Assembly: GCA_040772725.1 (NCBI GenBank) | Contig: JAXGXR010000002.1 | Location: forward strand, 949,223-1,013,222 | DNA length: 64,000 bases | From: Clostridia bacterium | GTDB taxonomy: Bacteria > Bacillota > Clostridia > Saccharofermentanales > UBA5734 | Reading direction: 5' to 3' | Part shown: positions 27,238 to 36,089 of the stretch, one piece after another | Position numbering within the stretch: the first letter of the stretch is position 1 | How the letters are laid out: each line of letters starts with the position of its first letter | Notes under the pieces: generated by a model | Databases searched by the model: none | What the model saw: the letters and a program-made list of their open reading frames with translations, nothing else | What the model was told of the DNA's origin: nothing | Translations under genes and position numbers: made by a program

Positions 27238-28392
27238 ATGATCCCATTTCAAAAAGCTTATCGACTTGATCAGGCCGGCCAATTGATCGGGCAGGTCCTG
27301 GATTCCGGGCGGACTGAGGGAGATGGCATCATGTCCGAGCGGTGCCGGACCTGGCTATCATCGAGACTGGGCTCGCCTGATGTCCTGATGATGACCTCGT
27401 GCACCCATGCGCTGGAAGCGGCGGTCCGTTTGATCGGGATCAGGCCGCAGGACGAAGTCATCGTCCCATCATTTTGTTTTCCTTCCGCTGCGAACGCTGT
27501 CCTGCTCGCGGGTGGCACCGTGGTCTATGGAGAGGTGGAACCCGATCATCTGACGCTCGATCCCGACCGGCTTGCCATCCATATCAGCGATCGCACGCGG
27601 GCGGTGATCGTGATGCACTATGGCGGCGCCAGCTGCGATATGTCGAGGATTATGGCTCTCACAGAGCCAAGGGGCATTTTCATCATCGAAGATTGCGCCC
27701 AGAGTTTCCTGACGCGCTATCGTGGCCGATTGACAGGAACAATCGGGCATTTCGGCTGCTTCAGCTTTCACGGAACCAAGGATATCGTGGCCGGAGAAGG
27801 CGGTGCGCTCATGGTCAACGACGCCCGATTTGTGGTGGATGCCCGCCGATTCCGACAAAAAGGCACCAATCGCGATGATTTTTCATCCGGCAAGGTCAAT
27901 CGGTACGAGTGGGTTTCGCCCGGCTCCAGTTACGCGCCAGGCGAACTCCAGATGGCCTTGCTCGCATCGCAGCTGGAATTGAGCGACGAGATCCTTCAGC
28001 AGCGCCGTCATCTTTTCAAGCGTTACCACGATCATTTTTCAAATCAAACACGCGCTTCTCTCTACCATCAGGTCCTGGACAGTTTCAGCAGTCCCCAGCC
28101 GGATGTGGAGGAAAACGGGCACCTGTTCTTTCTACTCTTCCGACAATCGACCATCGCGGACGACCTGGTTTTGCATCTAAAAAACAACGGCATCGATGCG
28201 CGCACGCACTTTGTCCCGTTGCATGAAAGCCGGTACGGCCAATCTTTCGTCCGACCGGAGAATCATTTCACGGTGGAGCACGACATCGGCCGCCGTCTTG
28301 TCCGGCTGCCTTTGTTCCCCTCAATGACCGAATCCGAGCAGGATCAGGTGATGTCGACCATCGATCGATACTTCATGGGATTCCAGCCGTGA
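27238..28392 (+). CDS. DegT/DnrJ/EryC1-family sugar aminotransferase (WecE-like)
   Basis: 384 aa. PLP-Lys region FHGTKDIVAGEGGAL and KGTNRDDFSSGKVNRYEWVSPGSSY resemble dTDP-4-amino-4,6-dideoxygalactose transaminase. Confidence 0.85.
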   Translation: MIPFQKAYRLDQAGQLIGQVLDSGRTEGDGIMSERCRTWLSSRLGSPDVLMMTSCTHALEAAVRLIGIRPQDEVIVPSFCFPSAANAVLLAGGTVVYGEVEPDHLTLDPDRLAIHISDRTRAVIVMHYGGASCDMSRIMALTEPRGIFIIEDCAQSFLTRYRGRLTGTIGHFGCFSFHGTKDIVAGEGGALMVNDARFVVDARRFRQKGTNRDDFSSGKVNRYEWVSPGSSYAPGELQMALLASQLELSDEILQQRRHLFKRYHDHFSNQTRASLYHQVLDSFSSPQPDVEENGHLFFLLFRQSTIADDLVLHLKNNGIDARTHFVPLHESRYGQSFVRPENHFTVEHDIGRRLVRLPLFPSMTESEQDQVMSTIDRYFMGFQP

Positions 28393-29204
28393 AATCTGAA
28401 CTCAAACAGAAAGCTTCATCCAGCGAAAACGAATTTGATGCTGCAGCCGGACTATTGCTGTCGGTTGTCATACCGACTTACGGTCGAGGATCGGTGCTCG
28501 ACAAACATGTGGCACACATTCGGGATGTCCTGTCAGGCGATTCAGTTTACGGTCGTTCATTCGAGCTGATTCTGGTCGACGATCACAGCCCGGATGACAC
28601 CGCGATGGTGATCCGCTCACTTTGTCGCCGCTGGTCGGATGTCAAAGGGATCCTGCTGGCAGAAAATGTTGGACAGCAGAACGCCACCCTGGCCGGCTTG
28701 CGTCGGGCGTCAGGCCATTCCGTTGTCACAATGGACGACGACCTGAAAGATGATCCAAAAGACATCCGGCTCCTGCTGGATCTGCTTGCGGAAGACTACG
28801 ATGTCGTCTACGGGGTGCCGGCCGACATGCGGTCTGCCCGCTTGCACCGCCGATTCGGCACAGCCTTGAAGGAATCGATCATCGACTGGTCCTGTCGCAA
28901 ACCAGAAGGCATCCAGTTGACCGGGTTTCGCGCCATGAACCGACAGACCGCAGACCGGGTGGCCCGGGAAACCCGACAGCATGTCTATGTGTCCGCCACC
29001 ATCCTGCAGGAGCCGGTCCGTGTGGGTCAGGTGCTGGTCCGTGAAGGGCGCGGGGCTTCGCTCGCGTCCGGATACTCCATGACGAAACTGGCCGGGCTGA
29101 TTTTCAGATTGACTGTCCAATATGGCAGATGCCCGGTTTTCAAGCCTTTCAGAAAAGCGGGCAGACAATACGAAATCCGGGAGGTCATTGGATGCGACTC
29201 ATGA
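28389..29204 (+). CDS. family-2 glycosyltransferase, polyprenyl-phosphate sugar transferase type (ArnC/GtrB-like)
   Basis: VVIPTYGR ... LVDDHSPDDT ... MDDDLKDDP (DXD) motifs. 4-nt overlap with the upstream gene. Confidence 0.8.
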   Translation: MKSELKQKASSSENEFDAAAGLLLSVVIPTYGRGSVLDKHVAHIRDVLSGDSVYGRSFELILVDDHSPDDTAMVIRSLCRRWSDVKGILLAENVGQQNATLAGLRRASGHSVVTMDDDLKDDPKDIRLLLDLLAEDYDVVYGVPADMRSARLHRRFGTALKESIIDWSCRKPEGIQLTGFRAMNRQTADRVARETRQHVYVSATILQEPVRVGQVLVREGRGASLASGYSMTKLAGLIFRLTVQYGRCPVFKPFRKAGRQYEIREVIGCDS

Positions 29205-30448
29205 TGCTGGGTGCCGCTCTGGCCCAGTTGCCGGGGATCAAGGCCGCCAAGGACATGAATGTCACCGTCATCACCTGTGACAATCAGCCTGAATCGGTCG
29301 GGCATGCGTTCGCGGATCATGTGGCCTACGCCAGCACATTCGATCCGGATGGTGTTTATCGTGCGGCTCAAATGTATGCGATCGATGGAATCATGACCAT
29401 GGGTTCTGACCAACCGGTCCTGACAGCCGCCCTGGTCGCCCGGAAAATGGGCCTGCCGTCCGCGCTTGATGTGCCAACTGCCCGCTCGGTCACCGACAAG
29501 CGGGTGATGAAGCGACGATTCACCCGGCTGGGCATTCCGACGGTGCCCTACCTGATCTATCGGCAAAACGAAGCGGAGTTGCGCCGCTTTACGTCCTGGC
29601 CGGTTGTCGTCAAGCCGGTCGACTCACAAGGCCAGCGGGGTGTCTTTCTGCTGGATTCGCCGGAAGCGGTCCTCGCACGCGTCAATGATGTGCTTGCTTT
29701 CAGCCGGGTCGATGAGATCCTGGTCGAATCATACTATCCGAGCGATGAGGTCACGGTCAGTGGCTGGGTCCGGGATGGCCAGGCGACGGTGCTGGCGATT
29801 ACAGATCGTGTCACCTTTTCCGAACGGGAACGGATCGGGATCTGTCTGGCCCATGATCTGCCTTCAAAGCATCTGGCCAGGCATGGCGAAGACCTGATCG
29901 CCCTCACACATGATATCGTTTCCGGGTTTGGCATCCGGAACGGACCGGTCTATTTCCAATTCCTGATCGGGGCGGACGGGATCAAGGTCAACGAGATCGC
30001 CTGCCGGATCGGCGGGGCATTCGAGTCCCAATTCCTTCCACAGGTGACGGGTTTTGACCTGACGAAAGTCCAGGTGCAATCCGTACTCGGCATGGCAACG
30101 GGCGTAAACAACTGGGATGCGCTTGGCCGGTTCGATGTCCGGTCCGACCGGCACTTCCTGTCCGTGCAATTGTTTTTTGCTGAGCCGTGCACCATCGGCA
30201 GTCTGACCCCGCTTGAGGAAATCCTGGCTTTGGATGGCGTACTGGACGCTGGATATCATAAAAGCTGCGGACAAACCATCCGGGACATCAGCGACGCGAC
30301 TGCCCGAGTCGGGTACTGCATTGTGACCGGAGATTCGCAAAAACAAGTGGATAGAAGGGTGGACCGGTTATATCAGGTGCTGGCGGTCCGCGACACAGAC
30401 GGCTACAACCGACTGATCCATCAACCACGACGGGAGGTGTCAGCATGA
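29192..30448 (+). CDS. ATP-grasp domain ligase
   Basis: Start at ATG 29192 behind GGGAGG. ATP-grasp-like motifs WPVVVKPVDSQGQRGVF, ILVESYY and VNEIACRIGG. Confidence 0.75.
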   Translation: MRLMMLGAALAQLPGIKAAKDMNVTVITCDNQPESVGHAFADHVAYASTFDPDGVYRAAQMYAIDGIMTMGSDQPVLTAALVARKMGLPSALDVPTARSVTDKRVMKRRFTRLGIPTVPYLIYRQNEAELRRFTSWPVVVKPVDSQGQRGVFLLDSPEAVLARVNDVLAFSRVDEILVESYYPSDEVTVSGWVRDGQATVLAITDRVTFSERERIGICLAHDLPSKHLARHGEDLIALTHDIVSGFGIRNGPVYFQFLIGADGIKVNEIACRIGGAFESQFLPQVTGFDLTKVQVQSVLGMATGVNNWDALGRFDVRSDRHFLSVQLFFAEPCTIGSLTPLEEILALDGVLDAGYHKSCGQTIRDISDATARVGYCIVTGDSQKQVDRRVDRLYQVLAVRDTDGYNRLIHQPRREVSA

Positions 30449-31431
30449 ACGGCAGGCGGTCTTTCATCCCACCGGGAATCCGCATGGCCGTCCTGGCTCT
30501 GCTCGTTTTCGTGACCGCGTTGATTGGTGGATGTGGTCAGCCAGAAGGGGTCGACATCATTGTCGCCGAACAATATGGCCTGGCCTACGCGCCGATTCAG
30601 ATCATGAAGGAGAAGGGCTTTCTGGAGCAGGCGCTTGCCAAGAGGACTGGCGTCAATCAACCGGTGTCCGTCAACTGGGTCAAACTGGCGAACACGGCCG
30701 CGATCCGGGAAGCCATGCTGGCCGATTCACTGGATGTGGCATTCGTCGGGATCCCGCCTTTCCTGATTGGCTTGGACCAGGGCATGCCCTGGAAGATGAT
30801 CACCGGGCTGTCGGAGTGCCCGCTGGACCTGATGGTTCACGAATCGTCCGTGCCTGACTTTCAATCGCTGGTCGGTGCGGGGAAGATCGCACTGCCGCAG
30901 CCGGGCAGCATCCAGCACATCCTGCTGGCGATGGCCGCTGAGAAGCAATTGGGCGATGCCTCGATTTTTGACCGCCAGCTGGTCTCGATGAAGCACCCGG
31001 ACGGGATGCAAGCCCTGCTTTCCGGTCAGGACATTGTGGCACACTTCACCGCGCCGCCGTATAATTTCATGGAATCGGAAACAGTTGGATTTCGATCGGT
31101 TCTGACTGGTGAAGCGGCAATGGGGGAACCATTCAGTTTCATTGTCGGCATCGCTCAGCCCGCTCTTTACGAGGACAAGATCCGAATTGAGGCTTTCATG
31201 GAAGCACTAGACCAATCATTCGCTTTCATCGACGAAAACCGGGACGAAACAGTAGCCTTGCTGGCTGCCAGCTTTGAGCTCAGTCCGGAACAGACCGAGG
31301 AATTTTTGTTCGAACGCGGTATCAGATTCGGACCGGAGATTCGCGGCACGTCCGCATTCAGTACGTTCATGACCCGGACAGGTTACATAGGAAGGCAGTA
31401 CGATGTTGAAGAACTGGTATGGCAAGGATAA
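30445..31431 (+). CDS. ABC substrate-binding lipoprotein, NMT1/THI5 (NitT/TauT) type
   Basis: Signal peptide plus lipobox (LIGGC). SsuA/NMT1-like fold pattern. ATGA-type overlap with the ATP-grasp gene. Confidence 0.7.
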   Translation: MNGRRSFIPPGIRMAVLALLVFVTALIGGCGQPEGVDIIVAEQYGLAYAPIQIMKEKGFLEQALAKRTGVNQPVSVNWVKLANTAAIREAMLADSLDVAFVGIPPFLIGLDQGMPWKMITGLSECPLDLMVHESSVPDFQSLVGAGKIALPQPGSIQHILLAMAAEKQLGDASIFDRQLVSMKHPDGMQALLSGQDIVAHFTAPPYNFMESETVGFRSVLTGEAAMGEPFSFIVGIAQPALYEDKIRIEAFMEALDQSFAFIDENRDETVALLAASFELSPEQTEEFLFERGIRFGPEIRGTSAFSTFMTRTGYIGRQYDVEELVWQG

Positions 31432-32170
31432 CGCGGCAAATCGCAGCGTTGGCCGCCAACTGATCTGGCTGGCCATCATCATCGCAATATGGGAGCTGGC
31501 AGCCAGGCTCAAGCTGGTCAACCCGCTGATCCTGCCGAGCGCGTCAGCGGTCCTTGTCCGGATGGTCACCGGCCTATGGGAAGGCACACTTGCCCTGCAG
31601 CTGCTTCAATCGATCGGCCTTGTCCTGGCCGGACTGGTGGTCGGCAGCCTGATTGGATTCATGTTAGCGTGCCTCGATTATTTCCTGCCATTCACCCGGC
31701 CGCTGATCACTCTGCTCAATGCCATGTTCCATCCGTTGCCGGGTGTCGCGATTCTGCCGTTGGTCCTGGCCATAGCCGGCCTTGGCCTGAAGTCTGTTTT
31801 CATTGTGATCCTGCATGCGGTTGTCTGGTCTACCTATTTGAACCTGTCGACCGGATTTCGCTCCGTCGATCCGGACTACATCGACGCGGCGCTCAATGTC
31901 GGCGTGAACAGTTGGCAGCTGGTCTGGCACATCCTGCTGCCGGTCAGCGGTCATCATGTTGTGACCGGGCTGAAAATCGGCTGGTCACGAGGATGGCGTG
32001 CCCTGATCAGCGCCGAGATGGTGTTCAGCGCGATCGGCGCGCTGGGAGGCATCGGCTGGTACTTGTTTGAAAGACGAGCCTTCATGGACACAACAGGGTT
32101 ATATGCGGGTATCTGCCTGGTCATTCTGACCGGCGTCCTCATGGAAAACATCCTGTTCAATCGCTCCTAG
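31403..32170 (+). CDS. ABC transporter permease, NitT/TauT family
   Basis: 255 aa, 6 TM, with the binding-protein-dependent transport EAA-like region. Overlaps the SBP gene by 29 nt. No ATPase gene follows. Confidence 0.8.
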   Translation: MLKNWYGKDNAANRSVGRQLIWLAIIIAIWELAARLKLVNPLILPSASAVLVRMVTGLWEGTLALQLLQSIGLVLAGLVVGSLIGFMLACLDYFLPFTRPLITLLNAMFHPLPGVAILPLVLAIAGLGLKSVFIVILHAVVWSTYLNLSTGFRSVDPDYIDAALNVGVNSWQLVWHILLPVSGHHVVTGLKIGWSRGWRALISAEMVFSAIGALGGIGWYLFERRAFMDTTGLYAGICLVILTGVLMENILFNRS

Positions 32171-32180
32171 GTCTTGAAAA

Positions 32181-32215
32181 AAAGAAAGCCCGGGGCTGAC
32201 CCGGGCCTTCTTTAT
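32181..32215. terminator. bidirectional terminator hairpin
   Basis: GCCCGGG-gctga-CCCGGGC stem flanked by AAAAAAAGAAA and CTTCTTTAT. Lies between convergent genes. Confidence 0.65.
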
Positions 32216-32245
32216 GTTCCATCAGACAATACCGGATGTGATCTG

Positions 32246-34843
32246 TCAGCCGGTTACCAGCTCGAAGCCGGCGTTGACCCAGCCCTGCGGCGCGTTGGAC
32301 GGCATGCCGGCGCCACCGTTGAGGGAGACGGCGTCGTAGCCGAGCAGGCGCAGGGAGGCGACGGCCTGGCCGGCGGTCTGGCCGGTGTAGCAGTAGACGA
32401 CGATCTTCTTGTCCTTCGGCAGCGCGCTCAGGTCATTGAGCATGGCCTTGCCGAACGGGATGTTGATCGCGCCGGGGATGTGGCCCTTCTGGTAGTCCTC
32501 GGCCTTGCGCACCGACAGGATGACAATGTCTTCCTTGGCGTCGATGGCGGCCTTGAGGTCGGCCTCGGAGATCTTGTAGTTCTTGTACTTGTCGGTGATC
32601 TGGACCATCTTGCCGTAGTAGTCGGCGACGGCCTTGGCGACGTTGGCGTTGACCGGATAGGTCTTGTCCGGCAGGGTGTTGGCTGTCGTCTCGGTGACAT
32701 CGGCGACACCCTCGACCTTGGAGATGCCGAAGTTCCAGCCCAGGTTGACGCTGCGGGCCTTGATGCCGGCGGCGTTCAAGGTGATGACGGCCTGGCCGGC
32801 GGTCTGGCCGGTGTAGCAGTAGACGAAGACGTCCTTGTCCTGCGGGATTTTGGCCAGGTTGTCACTGATGGCCGTGCCCCACGGGATGTTGACGGCGCCC
32901 TTGACATGGCCCTTCTCATAATCGGCGGCGCCGCGGATGTCAAGGATGACCAGGCTTTCGCCGGCCTTGACCTTGTCGACGAATTCCTTCTCCGCGATCT
33001 TGTAGATATGGTCCGGCATGTTGGCGACCAGCGCCTTCACGACCGACTCGACCGAAGCCTCGGCTGTGCCGGTTACCAGCTCGAAGCCGGCATTGACCCA
33101 GCCCTGCGGCGCGTTGGACGGCATGCCGGCGCCACCGTTGAGGGAGACGGCGTCGTAGCCGAGCAGGCGCAGGGAGGCGACGGCCTGGCCGGCGGTCTGG
33201 CCGGTGTAGCAGTAGACGACGATCTTCTTGTCCTTCGGCAGCGCGCTCAGGTCATTGAGCATGGCCTTGCCGAACGGGATGTTGATCGCGCCGGGGATGT
33301 GGCCCTTCTGGTAGTCCTCGGCCTTGCGCACCGACAGGATGACAATGTCTTCCTTGGCGTCGATGGCGGCCTTGAGGTCGGCCTCGGAGATCTTGTAGTT
33401 CTTGTACTTGTCGGTGATCTGGACCATCTTGCCGTAGTAGTCGGCGACGGCCTTGGCGACGTTGGCGTTGACCGGATAGGTCTTGTCCGGCAGGGTGTTG
33501 GCTGTCGTCTCGGTGACATCGGCGACACCCTCGACCTTGGAGATGCCGAAGTTCCAGCCCAGGTTGACGCTGCGGGCCTTGATGCCGGCGGCGTTCAAGG
33601 TGATGACGGCCTGGCCGGCGGTCTGGCCGGTGTAGCAGTAGACGAAGACGTCCTTGTCCTGCGGGATTTTGGCCAGGTTGTCACTGATGGCCGTGCCCCA
33701 CGGGATGTTGACGGCGCCCTTGACATGGCCCTTCTCATAATCGGCGGCGCCGCGGATGTCAAGGATGACCAGGCTTTCGCCGGCCTTGACCTTGTCGACG
33801 AATTCCTTCTCCGCGATCTTGTAGATATGGTCCGGCATGTTGGCGACCAGCGCCTTCACGACCGACTCGACCGAAGCCTCGGCTGTGCCGGTGACCAGCT
33901 CGAAGCCGGCGTTGACCCAGCCCTGCGGCGCGTTGGACGGCATGCCGGCGCCACCGTTGAGGGAGACGGCGTCGTAGCCGAGCAGGCGCAGGGAGGCGAC
34001 GGCCTGGCCGGCGGTCTGGCCGGTGTAGCAGTAGACGACGATCTTCTTGTCCTTCGGCAGCGTGCTCAGGTCATTGAGCATGGCCTTGCCGAACGGGATG
34101 TTGATCGCGCCGGGGATGTGGCCCTTCTGGTAGTCCTCGGCCTTGCGCACCGACAGGATGACAATGTCTTCCTTGGCGTCGATGGCGGCCTTGAGGTCGG
34201 CCTCGGAGATCTTGTAGTTCTTGTACTTGTCGGTGATCTGGACCATCTTGCCGTAGTAGTCGGCGACGGCCTTGGCGACGTTGGCGTTGACCGGATAGGT
34301 CTTGTCCGGCAGGGTGTTGGCTGTCGTCTCGGTGACATCGGCGACACCCTCGACCTTGGAGATGCCGAAGTTCCAGCCCAGGTTGACGCTGCGGGCCTTG
34401 ATGCCGGCGGCGTTCAGGGTGATGACGGCCTGGCCGGCGGTCTGGCCGGTGTAGCAGTAGACGAAGACGTCCTTGTCCTGCGGGATTTTGGCCAGGTTGT
34501 CACTGATGGCCGTGCCCCACGGGATGTTGACGGCGCCCTTGACATGGCCCTTCTCGTAATCGGCGGCGCCGCGGATGTCAAGGATGACCAGGCTTTCGCC
34601 GGCCTTGACCTTGTCGACGAATTCCTTCTCCGCGATCTTGTAGATATGGTCCGGCATGTTGGCGACCAGCGCCTTCACGACCGACTCGACCGAAGCCTCG
34701 GCCGGTTTCGTTGTCGTGGCGGCGGTTGTCGCCGCCGTCGTGTTGGTGGCTGTCATGGTCGGTACACTGGTGGCGGTCTGGCCGCATGCGGCGACGGTCA
34801 GTGCAAGAATAAGCAGGAGCGCTACAAGGGTCAGTTTCTTCAT
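32246..34843 (-). CDS. secreted lipoprotein with six rhodanese domains (3 x tandem double-rhodanese module)
   Basis: Start at ATG 34843 behind AAGGAG. Signal peptide and lipobox (LTVAAC), then a Thr-rich linker. Three 273-aa units follow, each with two GlpE/PspE-like domains carrying the active-site loop VYCYTGQTAGQAV. Confidence 0.85.
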   Translation of the reverse strand: MKKLTLVALLLILALTVAACGQTATSVPTMTATNTTAATTAATTTKPAEASVESVVKALVANMPDHIYKIAEKEFVDKVKAGESLVILDIRGAADYEKGHVKGAVNIPWGTAISDNLAKIPQDKDVFVYCYTGQTAGQAVITLNAAGIKARSVNLGWNFGISKVEGVADVTETTANTLPDKTYPVNANVAKAVADYYGKMVQITDKYKNYKISEADLKAAIDAKEDIVILSVRKAEDYQKGHIPGAINIPFGKAMLNDLSTLPKDKKIVVYCYTGQTAGQAVASLRLLGYDAVSLNGGAGMPSNAPQGWVNAGFELVTGTAEASVESVVKALVANMPDHIYKIAEKEFVDKVKAGESLVILDIRGAADYEKGHVKGAVNIPWGTAISDNLAKIPQDKDVFVYCYTGQTAGQAVITLNAAGIKARSVNLGWNFGISKVEGVADVTETTANTLPDKTYPVNANVAKAVADYYGKMVQITDKYKNYKISEADLKAAIDAKEDIVILSVRKAEDYQKGHIPGAINIPFGKAMLNDLSALPKDKKIVVYCYTGQTAGQAVASLRLLGYDAVSLNGGAGMPSNAPQGWVNAGFELVTGTAEASVESVVKALVANMPDHIYKIAEKEFVDKVKAGESLVILDIRGAADYEKGHVKGAVNIPWGTAISDNLAKIPQDKDVFVYCYTGQTAGQAVITLNAAGIKARSVNLGWNFGISKVEGVADVTETTANTLPDKTYPVNANVAKAVADYYGKMVQITDKYKNYKISEADLKAAIDAKEDIVILSVRKAEDYQKGHIPGAINIPFGKAMLNDLSALPKDKKIVVYCYTGQTAGQAVASLRLLGYDAVSLNGGAGMPSNAPQGWVNAGFELVTG
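32250..34701. repeat. tandem triplication, period 819 bp
   Basis: Units start at 32250, 33069 and 33888. I count 1 difference between units 1 and 2 and 4-5 differences to unit 3, of which only one is non-synonymous (Ala/Thr). Confidence 0.95.
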
Positions 34844-34938
34844 AAACGTTTTCTCCTTCAAATTGGGGATCATATTGGGGATCATATGGATGATTTGACC
34901 GGGATGGCAATCAAGTGGATTATGCTGGTGGGAATCGG

Positions 34939-35871
34939 TTATGACCCATCACCCTGTGTTGGCGCGATGGTTGTCGGAGCGGGTCCCGTCGGCTGGGCCG
35001 GCTGGGTCGGCGTGACAGGGGTCTGGTCGATAGAGGACCATTCGACCCATGCGCCATCGTAAACCTGTACGTTCTTGAATCCGGCTTCTTTGAGCAGCAT
35101 GTAGGTTTGTGTCGCACGGAAAGAAGTCTTGCAGTAGACAATGATGTTGTCATTCAATTTGACACCCTTGTCCATGTAATCCAGCAGGGTGTCATGACCG
35201 GACTTGAACCGTCCGTTATCATAAAGATTGTCGGTGTGCGGATAAAGGATGGCTTTCGGAATGGCGCCTTCCGCGAATTCGGCTTTGGTGCGCACATCGA
35301 TGATGACACCCTTTTCGCGTCCTTCAGTTATAGCCTTGACTTCGTCGATTGTCGCGTAGATGCCTTGATCAAGCGGTTTGGCTGTATATGTCGTGGGCTT
35401 GGGCTCGGTCGCCAGTCCGGTGATGGGCAGACCGGCCAGAACGATGCCGGCTTCGCCGTGATTGACCAGCCAGGCGTTCTCGTGGCCGTACGCCTTTAGC
35501 ACCCACCAGACCCTGCTGGCGTTGACGCCGGCATTGTGGTCGTAGATATACACTTTCGACTGGTTGCTGATGCCCATCCGGCCAAGTTCTTCCTCAACCT
35601 GTGCCTGCGATGCGATCAGGTTGGGGACGGGCTCCTGGACGGACAGCATGGACGGGGGCAGGTTGATCGCGTTTTCCAGGTGTCCAGCGCCATAATTTTC
35701 CGACGGCCGGGCATCGATGACGACGGCATCCGGATCCTTCATCAGTTCCGCCAGGTCAGTTGCCTCAACAAAGTGGATACTGTCGGTGAATTCAGTCTTG
35801 TTGCAAGCCGCAACTGTCAACAGTAAAGCAATCGCCAGCAGACAGAATACAGCCTGTTTCATGAGACGCAT
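34939..35871 (-). CDS. lipoprotein thiosulfate/3-mercaptopyruvate-type sulfurtransferase (two-domain rhodanese)
   Basis: Start at ATG 35871 behind AGGAGG. Lipobox LTVAAC. An inactive N-terminal rhodanese domain plus a C-terminal domain with the loop VYCKTSFRAT, followed by a Pro/Thr-rich C-terminal tail. Confidence 0.85.
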   Translation of the reverse strand: MRLMKQAVFCLLAIALLLTVAACNKTEFTDSIHFVEATDLAELMKDPDAVVIDARPSENYGAGHLENAINLPPSMLSVQEPVPNLIASQAQVEEELGRMGISNQSKVYIYDHNAGVNASRVWWVLKAYGHENAWLVNHGEAGIVLAGLPITGLATEPKPTTYTAKPLDQGIYATIDEVKAITEGREKGVIIDVRTKAEFAEGAIPKAILYPHTDNLYDNGRFKSGHDTLLDYMDKGVKLNDNIIVYCKTSFRATQTYMLLKEAGFKNVQVYDGAWVEWSSIDQTPVTPTQPAQPTGPAPTTIAPTQGDGS

Positions 35872-36089
35872 ATTGTTTGTTCCTCCTGAAAATAGCATAT
35901 GATGGTAACACTGTTCCCATCATATCACAAATCGTTTAATTGTCACCTGTCTCAGTGTTCAATGAGGGGGCAAAATTGCCTAAATAACGTAAACGATTGC
36001 ATCTGTTTTGCGGTCAAGAGAGAAAAGCATGTGTCGTCCTGGTTGCCACGTATGATAAAATCAGGGAAACACAAAAGGCAGGACAGGGT

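Noticed and set aside
32428-34347. Three identical 93-aa minus-strand ORFs (32428-32709, 33247-33528, 34066-34347)
   Set aside because: They are out-of-frame ORFs inside each 819-bp repeat unit. Their products are Pro/Arg/Thr/Ser-rich, and they repeat only because the DNA repeats.
32250-34701. CRISPR-like or other non-coding array interpretation of the tandem repeats
   Set aside because: The period is 819 bp with no spacers, the sequence is fully in frame, and it encodes rhodanese domains. No short repeat-spacer array occurs anywhere in the window.
32174-35062. 962-aa plus-strand ORF, the longest ORF in the window
   Set aside because: It is antisense to the rhodanese-repeat gene. It starts inside the terminator hairpin without an RBS, and its product is low-complexity G/D/L/V/A sequence with no motif. 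The minus-strand frame has a signal peptide, a lipobox, an RBS and six clear rhodanese active-site loops. The long open antisense frame is a by-product of GC-rich codon usage repeated three times.
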